From NCBI GenBank assembly GCA_964459205.1, contig CAYWKJ010000001.1, positions 2,759-66,758 on the forward strand: a stretch of 64,000 bases of DNA, in the 5' to 3' direction. The notes below the pieces were generated by a model. The model had not been told where the DNA came from and made no database searches. It saw only the letters and a list, made by a program, of their open reading frames with translations. This DNA is from an uncultured Candidatus Peribacteria bacterium (GTDB taxonomy: Bacteria; Patescibacteriota; Gracilibacteria; UBA1369; UBA12473). Shown here in pieces: positions 38,767 through 47,751 of this stretch. The position numbers were made by a program, and so were the translations under genes. Each line of letters begins with the position of its first letter. The first letter of the stretch is position 1.

Positions 38767-39522
38767 TTATACAGCAAGAGCCGGTGGCATCTCACGCTTG
38801 TGTTTATTTAACTTGATGAGCTTCTGGATTTTTTCAACAAGAGCGGCCGGGTAGCCAGCTTTTATAATGCTTGGTTTGCGTTTTCCCTCTTCGATCATTT
38901 GAAGAACAGCATCAAGAACGCGGTAATTGGCGCCAAGATCGTTTTCGTCAGTTTGATTGGCTTCGAGTTCCGCGGTTGGGGCTTTTTGGATAATTTCTCC
39001 AGGGAGATTTAAATATTCAGCTAAAAGGTAGACATCAGTTTTGTAGAGATTAGCTAGAACTTCAATGTCAGCGGCTAGGTCACCGTATTTAGTGCCGTAA
39101 CCAAGTAGGATTTCGCTTTTGTTAGACGTTCCGAGTACGAGTGCCTTATGAGTGTTAGCAAAACTATATAAAAGTCCGGCGCGAACGCGGGCTTTAGTAT
39201 TCATTTGAGCAACGCGATTTGGTTTCCAGGGTGCGATATTAAAATCTACAGCTAAGGCATTAATTGGTTGATAGTAGCTTTTAACCTTAAAAAAGTCAGT
39301 AAGAGCTTTGGCGTGTTGGATGTTTTCGTCGCGAGTTACGCCGAGCTCAGGAAGAATAAGAGCAAAAACGTTTGAAGACCCTAAGGCATCAACCGCGATT
39401 TTAAAAGTTAAGGCAGAATCAATTCCACCACTTAGTCCGACAACTGCTTTGCGGAAATTGTTTTTTTGAAAATAATCGCGCAGTCCTTTAACAAGCTTTT
39501 TGTGAACTTTTTCCATATCCAT
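38767..39522 (-). CDS. nadE: NH3-dependent NAD+ synthetase
   Basis: 251 aa with PP-loop GLSGGIDS. Confidence 0.85.
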   Translation of the reverse strand: MDMEKVHKKLVKGLRDYFQKNNFRKAVVGLSGGIDSALTFKIAVDALGSSNVFALILPELGVTRDENIQHAKALTDFFKVKSYYQPINALAVDFNIAPWKPNRVAQMNTKARVRAGLLYSFANTHKALVLGTSNKSEILLGYGTKYGDLAADIEVLANLYKTDVYLLAEYLNLPGEIIQKAPTAELEANQTDENDLGANYRVLDAVLQMIEEGKRKPSIIKAGYPAALVEKIQKLIKLNKHKREMPPALAV

Positions 39523-39534
39523 TTTTAGAGCAGG

Positions 39535-39975
39535 TTATCTAGTTTTGTAACTTTGTTGGAGATCTCGGTCCATTTCGCGTTTTTTGATGGTTTCGCGCTT
39601 GTCATGTTTTTTCTTTCCGCGGCCAACGCCTATTTGAACTTTGATGCGGCCGTGAAGAGTAAAAATTTTGAGAGGAACAATGGAAATTCCGGGAGTATCC
39701 AAAAAGGAATTAACTTTATCGATTTCTCGACGATTTAGCAAGAGTTTTCGCTTGCGCTTGCCATTTCCGTCGGGTTGATTGGCTGGCTGATAGGGAGATA
39801 TTTGAACATTTTCAAGCCAGGCTTCATTGTTTTTTACGGAAATAAATCCTCCTTTGATTTGGATTTTTTTGGCGCGGATCGCTTTGACTTCGTAGCCGTG
39901 TAAGACTAGTCCGGCCTCGAATTTGTCGATAATTTCGTAATCGAAAAAAGCCTTTTTGTTCTTGATAATTTCCAT
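39535..39975 (-). CDS. smpB: SsrA-binding protein
   Basis: 146 aa. N-terminal NKKAFFDYEI, an OB-like core and a basic C-terminal tail. Confidence 0.9.
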   Translation of the reverse strand: MEIIKNKKAFFDYEIIDKFEAGLVLHGYEVKAIRAKKIQIKGGFISVKNNEAWLENVQISPYQPANQPDGNGKRKRKLLLNRREIDKVNSFLDTPGISIVPLKIFTLHGRIKVQIGVGRGKKKHDKRETIKKREMDRDLQQSYKTR

Positions 39976-40028
39976 AGTGACTAGATTTTATCGACCTTTT
40001 ACGCGTTCGTCCAATTCTGACTGGGTGT

Positions 40029-40544
40029 TTAAATCAGCCAGGGGTGTTTTTTAACGAATTTAAGCTTGCTCCACCAATGATGCAGGCTAAAAGCATAGCC
40101 GCAACGTGTTTGGGGGAGTAGTAGTAGCACAAAAGCGTAAGCAATATGATCGTCGAGAAAGGGATGATGTTCTGGGGGTAGGGCGGCTAAATACATGAGA
40201 ATCATCATCAAAGCTCCGGAATAACCAGCAATTTTGGTGCCAACCCCGAGTAATAAAGCGAGACCAATACCAAGTAGCCCAATCATAAATAGCCAGTCTA
40301 CAAATAGGTTGCCAGCCATGGCTTGAAAAATTTCAGCGAAAGGCCCCTTAGTGGCGTAAGTTAAAAATCCATAAGTTGGCGAGCCGCCAGCTAGCCAGGC
40401 ATCTTCGGGGACAGTAGCAAAGCCAAGGCCAAATAGTTTATCTATAAAAGCCCAAAAGAAAATGCCGCCCATGACGAGTCGCAAGCCAGCAAAGATAATT
40501 TTTCTATAAAGTGTGGGAGCAGGGCAAAAATGAGGGAATTTCAT
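40029..40544 (-). CDS. DoxX-family membrane protein
   Basis: 171 aa, four TM helices, DoxX-like sequence. Confidence 0.5.
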   Translation of the reverse strand: MKFPHFCPAPTLYRKIIFAGLRLVMGGIFFWAFIDKLFGLGFATVPEDAWLAGGSPTYGFLTYATKGPFAEIFQAMAGNLFVDWLFMIGLLGIGLALLLGVGTKIAGYSGALMMILMYLAALPPEHHPFLDDHIAYAFVLLLLPQTRCGYAFSLHHWWSKLKFVKKHPWLI

Positions 40545-40674
40545 GGGAGAGGGTTAAGATTTAAAAGAATTATATCATTGATGAGTGGATCTTTGTTAAT
40601 AAACAAGAAAATTAGTAAAAACAAAGGAACAAGAGTATTGTTAATTAAATCTCATTCGATTAATTAATATTTAT

Positions 40675-41046
40675 ATGAAAAACATATTTATTCTGCCCTT
40701 ATTTATAATAGTTTTATTTGTAATGACTGCCTGTTCATCTGCCACGCTAGAAAATAATACTGAAAATGCTAGTTTAGTTTTGGCCGAGACTGCTTGCGTG
40801 ATGCTGGATTCAAACACAAGTAATGAAGAAAAAGTAGAATTAGCCAATGCCCTACCTGTTAAATACGGATTTGAAGATCCTCAAAGTATGGATGCATATA
40901 TAGATTCACTTAAAGGCACAGATGAAGCAATTATTCTTGTTGAAAACACCGCCAAAAATATTGGTTTATTTTGCGAAGATATTTTTATTGAAAATGGGTT
41001 GAGCCCGTATGATGTTGCTAGTGAGTCGCTCCAATCAATACTTTAG
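40675..41046 (+). CDS. Hypothetical lipoprotein
   Basis: 123 aa with lipobox VMTAC. Confidence 0.45.
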   Translation: MKNIFILPLFIIVLFVMTACSSATLENNTENASLVLAETACVMLDSNTSNEEKVELANALPVKYGFEDPQSMDAYIDSLKGTDEAIILVENTAKNIGLFCEDIFIENGLSPYDVASESLQSIL

Positions 41047-41943
41047 ATGCTTGTTGAGCCACTTAAAAATCCCAATAGTTGTGCCCCAAGGGATTTCAGA
41101 GATTATTAATAAAAGCGCAATTTCTGGGGTGAAGAATTTAAAAGCTAACACGATTCCTAAGCCAGCGTTGGGGTAAGCCTTGGTTGTAGCAAGAGCAATA
41201 CGGTCTTTTTTGGAGCGCCAAGGCGCTATAAAGTAACCAACCAAATAAAGCGCAAAGAAAATGGCGTAGAGATAGACAAGATAATTAAGTACCGAGAGAG
41301 GGTTTTCCAGAATATAGTCGGATTGATACGCAACAACTGAGTACATCACAAACGAAATAAATATAACGCTTAAACCATTTAACGATGGCTTGATTTTTTT
41401 AACAGTTTTTGGGGAGTAGGTTTTTAGGATTTGCGAAATTAAAAGAGGTACGAAAATAGTAAGGATGAGGGTTCCAAACATTCCTAACATATCTAATTCA
41501 ATAGTGGTGTCGGTAAGCAGCCAAAAAAGCCCAATCATGCTAAAGGGCACAATCAAATTAATAATGGTTACAATGGTCAAACTAAGCGCGGCATTGCCTT
41601 TTGCCATATCTGTTAAAGCAGGGGCGGCAACCGCTGATGGGAGTGAGGCAAAAAGCAAAAATCCAAGAGCAAGTTCTGGAGTCAAAAATTTCATTACCAT
41701 AAATAATAAAATGGGAATGATGACTATATAAGCAGCTAGAATATAAATTAGGAAAATTGGTTTTTTGAGCTCTTTGGTTATGGCCGCAGAATCGGTTTTT
41801 ACGAAAGTGACCAACATTAAAGCAATGATGGCGTGTAAAACGTACTCATGAGAGAACGGGCTTAATTCTGGCAAGAGTAGGCCGACTATCATGGCCACAA
41901 TAATGGCCAGGGAGGCGTGTTTTTCGAGAAATTTTAATATCAT
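41035..41943 (-). CDS. Bile acid:Na+ symporter (BASS/SBF) family transporter
   Basis: 302 aa, about 9-10 TM helices, with SLPSAVAAPALTDMAKGNAALS. Confidence 0.55.
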   Translation of the reverse strand: MILKFLEKHASLAIIVAMIVGLLLPELSPFSHEYVLHAIIALMLVTFVKTDSAAITKELKKPIFLIYILAAYIVIIPILLFMVMKFLTPELALGFLLFASLPSAVAAPALTDMAKGNAALSLTIVTIINLIVPFSMIGLFWLLTDTTIELDMLGMFGTLILTIFVPLLISQILKTYSPKTVKKIKPSLNGLSVIFISFVMYSVVAYQSDYILENPLSVLNYLVYLYAIFFALYLVGYFIAPWRSKKDRIALATTKAYPNAGLGIVLAFKFFTPEIALLLIISEIPWGTTIGIFKWLNKHLKY

Positions 41944-42027
41944 AATTCGCGTTTAAGTATACAGTTTTGGTGGCGTAAAGGGGAGATCTCGTTTAGACTA
42001 AGATTAATTAATTTAACCTCCCTTTTT

Positions 42028-42873
42028 ATGGATGGCGAAACTCCTGGATTTACTCCACCACAAGATCCTGCCCCTCAATCTTCTACCCCACAAGATTCTG
42101 CCCCACAAACCCCGCCTGCTTCTCCGGCCGGCTCTACGCCCCCTCCAGTTAATACCCCTCCTGTTTCTGGAAAATCTCCTTTTGGATCACGAAATGTGAT
42201 TATTGCTATTATTGTCGTAGTTTTAGTAGTTGTTGGAGGAGTTGCTTATTGGAATCAACAGCAGCAAGAAAAGGAATTACAAGAATTTTTTGACATGTTA
42301 GATGATTTTGAAGATTACGATTACGATTACGACTATGATTATGAATATGAAACAGGCTACGATACTTCTTATGGAGAACGTGATAGTTATTTAAGTTATG
42401 AGTCTGTAACGCCAGGTTATTACACTTATTCTGATCTTAAATACTGGTTTGATATGGATTACCCAATGGATTGGGAATTAGATGTGGATGATTCAATTGT
42501 AGCTGTAACTTTTTTGAGTCCTTACTCAGATGATTTAGATTATTTTGCTGAAAACGTAAATGTGACTACCGAAGATATTTCTTGGTATGGGCCAATGACC
42601 TTGGATGAATATGGCGAAGCCTCAATGGAGCAAATTGAGTTAGCTTTACCAGGTTACGAAATTGTTGAAATTCGTGATAGTTGGCTAGGAAATCATGAAG
42701 CTCAGTATATTTTGGGGTCCTATGTAATGGGGTCTTTTGATACTCGAATTATGTCTGCCTTCACCTTGGTAGATGGCACCGCTTATGTAGTTACTTATAC
42801 CTACGAAGCTGGAAATGCCGATCTTTATCAAGATGTAGTTGATTACATGATGACTACGTTTGAGGTTTGGTAA
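42028..42873 (+). CDS. Hypothetical membrane-anchored protein with Pro-rich N-terminus and an Asp-Tyr repeat
   Basis: 281 aa. One TM helix, then the low-complexity run YDYDYDYDYEYE. Confidence 0.4.
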   Translation: MDGETPGFTPPQDPAPQSSTPQDSAPQTPPASPAGSTPPPVNTPPVSGKSPFGSRNVIIAIIVVVLVVVGGVAYWNQQQQEKELQEFFDMLDDFEDYDYDYDYDYEYETGYDTSYGERDSYLSYESVTPGYYTYSDLKYWFDMDYPMDWELDVDDSIVAVTFLSPYSDDLDYFAENVNVTTEDISWYGPMTLDEYGEASMEQIELALPGYEIVEIRDSWLGNHEAQYILGSYVMGSFDTRIMSAFTLVDGTAYVVTYTYEAGNADLYQDVVDYMMTTFEVW

Positions 42874-42963
42874 GCCAAAACGTAAGGTTTTCTTTAGTCG
42901 CTGGAAAGAACCTCATTTGATGCATGCTCAAATGAGAATCTTCTGCCGTTGGCTTGAATGTGA

Positions 42964-43054
42964 TGGCGGAGAGAGGGGGATTCGAACCCCCGGTGACAAA
43001 AAATGCCACACACGCTTTCCAAGCGTGCTCCTTAAGCCACTCGGACATCTCTCC
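42964..43054 (-). tRNA. tRNA-Ser (anticodon GGA)
   Basis: Cloverleaf read by hand. Acceptor GGAGAGA/TCTCTCC, anticodon loop TTGGAAA, long variable arm, T-arm GGGGG-TTCGAAT-CCCCC, and an encoded CCA. Confidence 0.9.
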
Positions 43055-43077
43055 GTGATGGGTTGTTTAGGGACGAA

Positions 43078-43269
43078 TTAGATTTTTTTGGTCAAGGTAC
43101 GAAGACAACGAGTGCAGACTTTTTTCTTCTGAAAGCTTTTGGAGGCAGCGTCCCAGAGGCGCTTAACCACTAGATTCGGGAGAAAACGACGTTTAGTTTT
43201 GCGTTGGGAATAACTTACGTTGTGCCCAGTAGCGGGACGTTTTCCACAGGTTTCACAGACTTTTGACAT
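43078..43269 (-). CDS. rpmB: 50S ribosomal protein L28
   Basis: 63 aa. [32 protein letters not shown]. Confidence 0.9.
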   Translation of the reverse strand: MSKVCETCGKRPATGHNVSYSQRKTKRRFLPNLVVKRLWDAASKSFQKKKVCTRCLRTLTKKI

Positions 43270-43382
43270 AACAAATAGTTAGATTCGGCCCGCCAAAAAT
43301 ACTATGTGGGCTCCTGTTTGGCAAGGGAAAGTGAGAAGGGGGGGCGCTTGCACCCATGGCGTGGTTCGCGTAAAACAGATGT

Positions 43383-44006
43383 ATGGTAGATATTTATTTC
43401 ATTATTGCGTTGGTGGTGGCCATTACTGTGCATGAGTTTTCACATGCTTGGATGGCTAATTATTTAGGGGATCCTACGGCTAAGTATCAGGGGCGAGTAA
43501 CCCTAAATCCGCTTAAGCATTTGGATGTTTTTGGGACGATTATGTTGTTTTTGGTTGGACTTGGTTGGGGGAAGCCAGTGCCGGTTAATCCACGTAATTT
43601 AAAAAATTTAAAAAGAGATTCCGCTCTGGTTTCGTTAGCGGGGCCGCTTTCTAATATTTTAGTGGCCATAGTGGTGGCTTTTCCTTATAAATATCTGGTA
43701 ATGAATGAGGGGGCAGAATGGATTGTGCTGACTTTGCAGGCGGTTTTTGATTTAAATTTACTTTTAGCGATATTTAATTTATTGCCATTACCGCCCCTAG
43801 ATGGGTCTAAGATTATTGGGGTTTTTGTGCCGCGTCGGCTTGAGCGGATGTATCAAAATTTCTTACATGATGGAATTAAATGGTTTATTGCCGTGATTTT
43901 GGTAGATTCGTTTATTTTTGGCAGGATGTTTGGATTTTCAATCTTGTGGGTAATTATTGGAACTGTGTATCAGTTATTAGCAGGATTAATTTTAATTGGA
44001 ACTTAA
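43383..44006 (+). CDS. Site-2 protease family (M50) zinc metalloprotease
   Basis: 207 aa. HEFSHAW (HExxH) sits in a TM helix, and LPLPPLDG is present. Confidence 0.75.
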   Translation: MVDIYFIIALVVAITVHEFSHAWMANYLGDPTAKYQGRVTLNPLKHLDVFGTIMLFLVGLGWGKPVPVNPRNLKNLKRDSALVSLAGPLSNILVAIVVAFPYKYLVMNEGAEWIVLTLQAVFDLNLLLAIFNLLPLPPLDGSKIIGVFVPRRLERMYQNFLHDGIKWFIAVILVDSFIFGRMFGFSILWVIIGTVYQLLAGLILIGT

Positions 44007-44107
44007 ATTTAAGGTAGAGCAAGAGGTTTTTTTACAGCATCTGGTGTTTTTATATGTGTAAGAGCACAAGATGTGGTTGTTTAAGCCAAAAAATAGCGTT
44101 TTGCTTT

Positions 44108-44136
44108 TTGACGGGAGGGGCCATTTTTAGTAAAAT
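44108..44136 (+). promoter_or_regulatory. Putative sigma70-type promoter driving a plus-strand non-coding transcript
   Basis: TTGACG, 17 nt spacer, TAAAAT. Confidence 0.45.
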
Positions 44137-44143
44137 GTATGCG

Positions 44144-44395
44144 CTCTACTTGGTACGTATTCGATCTTTTAATACTCTCTCACCTATTCTCACCTAAGGG
44201 ATTCCAATATTTCTTTCTGCTGTGGCGGAAAGCGTGAGGTTTCCCACCTGTCTTAACAGGGGTAGTATTTGGATCCCTACGGCCTTAAGCGGAGTGACTT
44301 AAATTTATTTAAGTCCGCGTTTAAGGAGGTCGCCCCAGCTTAGGCTGGGGGGATTTTCTTTATCCCATGGGGAAACCAGGGTTTCCCCCTAGGTA
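44144..44395 (+). ncRNA. Candidate hairpin-dense non-coding RNA (unclassified)
   Basis: No ORF of 60 aa or more. Consecutive strong hairpins: CCTGT-CTTA-ACAGG, a composite stem of about 20 bp at about 44290-44340, CCCCAGC-TTAG-GCTGGGG, GGGAT..ATCCC, and GGGGAAACC/GGTTTCCCC. Confidence 0.3.
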
Positions 44396-44521
44396 ACCCC
44401 CTTCGTTAAGGTTGTTCGTAAAAAGTAAGCTTCGCTAAACTTCGTAAAATTTTCCTCGGGGCCCGCGAGACCCGGAGAAAAATGTTTACTACGTGCGCTC
44501 AGCTTATTTTTGCTCACGCTT
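44396..44521 (+). repeat. Copy A of a conserved module of about 115-130 nt (second copy at 47605-47734)
   Basis: About 94% identity to copy B over roughly 114 nt, by hand alignment. Contains TTGTTC-18-TAAACT, a CTCG..CGAG hairpin, and GGAG followed by ATG of a tiny sORF (44482-44553, MFTTCAQLIFAHAFYILAYQKRL). Confidence 0.7.
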
Positions 44522-44551
44522 TTTATATTTTGGCGTATCAAAAAAGATTGT

Positions 44552-45046
44552 GACAGCACGAGTTTTGGTGGTGGTTAAAGGCGGACCCATGGGCCCGGGA
44601 GGGGGACTCTTCTCGCGGCGCTCGGCGCCGGTCGTCGAATGAGTCCTCGCCTCCTCTGGCGGCCGCAGGTGGGCACTGGGGGAGCGTTCATGGTTGTTCT
44701 CGCCGTCGTCACAGCGGCCGAAGCCACTGCTCAGGGTCGAACGCACACAGTTTCATTCCCAGCACCGGACTTAGATTCCGGTAGTAGTCGAAGTATTCAG
44801 TTTTGCGGTCGCCTAGTAGACGTTCTACTAGGACTTTGGGAACCCGATCAGCCGGCGTATGGCTAGGTCAGGTCCAGCGCCTCGTGGTACGTGATCTCGA
44901 TGTTGCGACCGTGCGTGTCCAGGATCTCGATGTGGTAGTGCGCCTGCATGGCTTCACCTCAAACCTTTCTCCCATTTCTGGGCGACAACCTCTTATACAG
45001 AAGATGAGAAGCTGGCGTCCAGAAATGAGTTAAAACCCGTGCTGTC
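44552..45046 (-). other. GC-rich helix-bracketed cassette E4 (495 nt, sense on minus strand)
   Basis: Arms are 44552-44566 (GACAGCACGAGTTTT) and 45032-45046 (AAAACCCGTGCTGTC). They form 15 bp on the minus-strand RNA with one G-U wobble that would be an A/C mismatch on the plus strand. Confidence 0.65.
44863..44949 (-). CDS. Small ORF in E4 (28 aa, MQAHYHIEILDTHGRNIEITYHEALDLT)
   Basis: GAGGTG lies 5 nt before the ATG. 27 of 28 codons end in G or C. Confidence 0.4.
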   Translation of the reverse strand: MQAHYHIEILDTHGRNIEITYHEALDLT

Positions 45047-45139
45047 AAATGTCAGCCTGCTTTAATGAGGGGTAGCCGTTCCTTGGGGTGGAAGACGAAT
45101 CCTACAATTGCTGCAGGGAAGCCAAAAAGGCTTGGTTTG

Positions 45140-45169
45140 ACCTTAGCGAAGGGCGGGGCTTATTGTCAA
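45140..45169 (-). promoter_or_regulatory. Putative promoter of E4
   Basis: On the minus strand: TTGACA, 18 nt spacer, TAAGGT. This is weaker than the others, but the spacing to the 5' arm (93 nt) matches E1, E3 and E5. Confidence 0.3.
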
Positions 45170-45328
45170 TAAATTTTGCTTATTGACAAAATGGGGCAGG
45201 ACGACGTCGCACCCCCGGCGGTCAGGTTGGGACTTAAACTGGATATGTCAAACCTGTGCTTTAAGTCTTTTTTACCTTGCCCCTGATCGCTCCTTATGTT
45301 AAATTTGCGCTCGCCGACTACCAATTAA

Positions 45329-45403
45329 GCCGAGGTAGCTCAGGGGTAGAGCACACCCATGGTAAGGGTGGGGTCGTGAGTTCAAATCTCATTCTCGGCT
45401 CCA
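45329..45403 (+). tRNA. tRNA-Thr (anticodon GGT)
   Basis: Cloverleaf read by hand. Acceptor GCCGAGG/TCTCGGC, anticodon stem CACCC/GGGTG with loop ATGGTAA, T-loop TTCAAAT, and an encoded CCA. Confidence 0.85.
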
Positions 45404-45438
45404 GTTTCCAACTAATTTAATCTTGATACTTAATTCAA

Positions 45439-45633
45439 ATGAGCAAAGGAAAATCTACATTCTGCGACTGGCGTTGTCCTGATTGCAATAAAACGCATTC
45501 AACAAAGCCTTATAACAAGCGCAATAACGAGACTATTGGAAAAGAATTTTCTAAGTTCTGTAACCAGTGTCGTGCTCACAAGACCTTTTTCAGAAAAGAT
45601 ACGAGCAAAGGAAGCCTTGGAAACAAGCGCTAA
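45439..45633 (+). CDS. rpmG: 50S ribosomal protein L33
   Basis: 64 aa. CxxC..CxxC zinc ribbon with NKRN and KFCNQCRAHK, matching the L33 pattern. Confidence 0.7.
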   Translation: MSKGKSTFCDWRCPDCNKTHSTKPYNKRNNETIGKEFSKFCNQCRAHKTFFRKDTSKGSLGNKR

Positions 45634-45671
45634 ATCTGCGACACTAAGTTACACATTTAACATTTTTTGTC

Positions 45672-47462
45672 ATGGTTCAAAAGTTCCTCCCGCTTACCTT
45701 GATTGGCGTACTTGTTGCCAGTCTTTTTAGTTTAACTGGCTGCGTTGGTGGCCCATCTTTTATAGAAGTGCATTCTTCAAATGAAGGGTATTTAATCGAA
45801 GAGGTTCTTCCACACGATACTTGGTTTGCCTTAAGTGTTTCTACTTTGGATATAAATCAACAAACCTTTTTTCATGATTTTGTAGCGCGTTTTACAGATG
45901 ATCCAAATGAATTTCGAAACCAAATTTTGTCTGGGATAGATGACAATCTTGCAACCATTGATATGTCTTATATTGATGATATTCAGCCAATTTTAGGCGA
46001 AGAAGGAACGCGATTTATGCTGGCTCTTTCGGAAGGGAATAATGGTGATGCAATTACTCATGCTGGCGTGACATTGCAAGATCCAGAGTTGGCAGAGCAA
46101 TTATTTGAAGATTTAGAAGCTGAGGGACGTTTTGTGCGAAAAGTAGTGAAGGATTATGACCTTTATTTTAATGTGTACGCCGAAGAACAGGAGCAAGATG
46201 TGTTTTATTTTGCAGTTTATGATGATTTGTTTTTGATTGCTAATGATTCAGATGAGTTGGCTGAGATGGTTGATTTAGCAAAAAGTAAAGGTGATTATTC
46301 ATTGTGGTCAAAAGATATTTATCAGGCAGTGACTCAAGAGTTGCCAACTGAACACGTGGGAATGATGTTTATGGACGGTGAATATTTGGCTGGACGTGGC
46401 TCAACGGATTTTGCTGGCATGGGAATTTCTAATAATTTGGCACCTTATTTAGCGGGGCAAGGTATGGCATTTGTGGCTGATGAAGATGGTCTTAAAATGA
46501 GTGGAATTGCTCTTGGTAATCGAGAAAAAATTGACGCTGATGATATGAGTTTGGATGAACTTCAGGCTAAAAAGCGTTATTTGGCAGAAGATATGCCCGG
46601 CGTGAATTTGGGTGTTTATTTAGAATCTTATGATATGGCGCGAGCGATTAAGCAGCAAATGGGTGATGATGAGGGGGCCATGCTTTCGGCTTATATGGCA
46701 CTGCTTGGACTAGATCCTAGTACAGATATTAGTGAGTTTTTATCAGAGGGTTATGCTGTTGCTTTGCATGAAAATAGCGGGTTTTTGCCTGGGGTTACGA
46801 TTATGATGGATGTTTCAGATGGATTTGAAAGCGCAGAAGAGTTGATTGATAATCTGGATGCCCAAATTGCTGGTTTATTAGGAGTATTCCAATTACAAGG
46901 CGGAACAATTGCTGAAGCTATTTCTAAGGAGGAAGTAGAGGTTTTAGGGCGCCAATTTGATCAAATTACTTTAGATTTAGATAGTTTGATGGCTCTTTAT
47001 GATACTACTGGGGCTTTTAGTTTGCCGGATGAAGTTCAAGGTCAGACTGCGGATTTAATTTACGGCGTAACTGATGATCATCGCTTAATTATTTCTACTT
47101 ATGAAGGTTGGGTTGAAGAAATGCATTTGATGTTGGATGATACAGAGGTTTATGAGGAAACTTTGGCTCATTTGAAGGGCTATAAGGAAGGGGTTGTGTA
47201 TATTGATTTTGATGAATTAACAGAGTTTATGAGTGCTTTTGAGGCTTTCCGTGAAGCTCTTCGGAATGATGCTGAGCTTTTGAGCGCCGAAGTAGCAACA
47301 GAGGCTGAGGAGGGGACAGAAGGAGAGATTGTTTCCGATGTTGAGGTAGCAGAAATTGATTGGGATGAGTTTTTGGAACCACTAAAGAGCTTTGCTTTTT
47401 CTAGTAATGCTAGTAAGTACGAAGTTGAGTTAGGAGGTGTGGTTCTGTTGGATGAGGAGTAA
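45672..47462 (+). CDS. Hypothetical acidic lipoprotein
   Basis: 596 aa with lipobox LTGC. Confidence 0.45.
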   Translation: MVQKFLPLTLIGVLVASLFSLTGCVGGPSFIEVHSSNEGYLIEEVLPHDTWFALSVSTLDINQQTFFHDFVARFTDDPNEFRNQILSGIDDNLATIDMSYIDDIQPILGEEGTRFMLALSEGNNGDAITHAGVTLQDPELAEQLFEDLEAEGRFVRKVVKDYDLYFNVYAEEQEQDVFYFAVYDDLFLIANDSDELAEMVDLAKSKGDYSLWSKDIYQAVTQELPTEHVGMMFMDGEYLAGRGSTDFAGMGISNNLAPYLAGQGMAFVADEDGLKMSGIALGNREKIDADDMSLDELQAKKRYLAEDMPGVNLGVYLESYDMARAIKQQMGDDEGAMLSAYMALLGLDPSTDISEFLSEGYAVALHENSGFLPGVTIMMDVSDGFESAEELIDNLDAQIAGLLGVFQLQGGTIAEAISKEEVEVLGRQFDQITLDLDSLMALYDTTGAFSLPDEVQGQTADLIYGVTDDHRLIISTYEGWVEEMHLMLDDTEVYEETLAHLKGYKEGVVYIDFDELTEFMSAFEAFREALRNDAELLSAEVATEAEEGTEGEIVSDVEVAEIDWDEFLEPLKSFAFSSNASKYEVELGGVVLLDEE

Positions 47463-47492
47463 TTTCGTGCTATAAATTGGCCAGCACATTGT

Positions 47493-47566
47493 AGGGGCGT
47501 GGTGAAATGGTATCACAGGGGTCTCCAAAACCTCTAGTGCGGGTTCGATTCCTGCCGCCCCTGCCA
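47493..47566 (+). tRNA. tRNA-Trp (anticodon CCA)
   Basis: Acceptor AGGGGCG/CGCCCCT, anticodon loop CTCCAAA, T-loop TTCGATT, and an encoded CCA. Confidence 0.9.
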
Positions 47567-47572
47567 TTAAAT

Positions 47573-47596
47573 CGCAGGGACAAACCTGCGGTTTTT
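47573..47596 (+). terminator. Rho-independent terminator after tRNA-Trp
   Basis: CGCAGG-GACAAA-CCTGCG followed by GTTTTT. Confidence 0.6.
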
Positions 47597-47604
47597 CCCC
47601 ACGC

Positions 47605-47734
47605 ACCCCCTTTTCCCTAAAAGGTTGTTCGCAAAAAGTAAGTTTCGCTAAACTTCGTAAAATTTTCCTCGGGACCCACGAGACCCGGAGAAAAATGTTT
47701 ACTACGTGCGCTCGACTTATTTTTGCTCACGCTT
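47605..47734 (+). repeat. Copy B of the conserved module (see 44396-44521)
   Basis: Same layout as copy A. The sORF at 47695-47742 encodes MFTTCARLIFAHAYL. The module ends 17 nt before the E5 3' arm. Confidence 0.7.
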
Positions 47735-47751
47735 ATTTATAATTGAGTTGG

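Noticed and set aside
42854-43081. ORFs 42854..43048 (-) and 42860..43081 (+).
   Set aside because: They overlap the tRNA-Ser gene and the rpmB terminus, and have no RBS or motif.
44866-44875. GGTCAGGTCC resembles the SRP RNA domain IV motif.
   Set aside because: The following GGAA tetraloop and the GCAGCC symmetric-loop partner are absent. The match is a 10-mer only.
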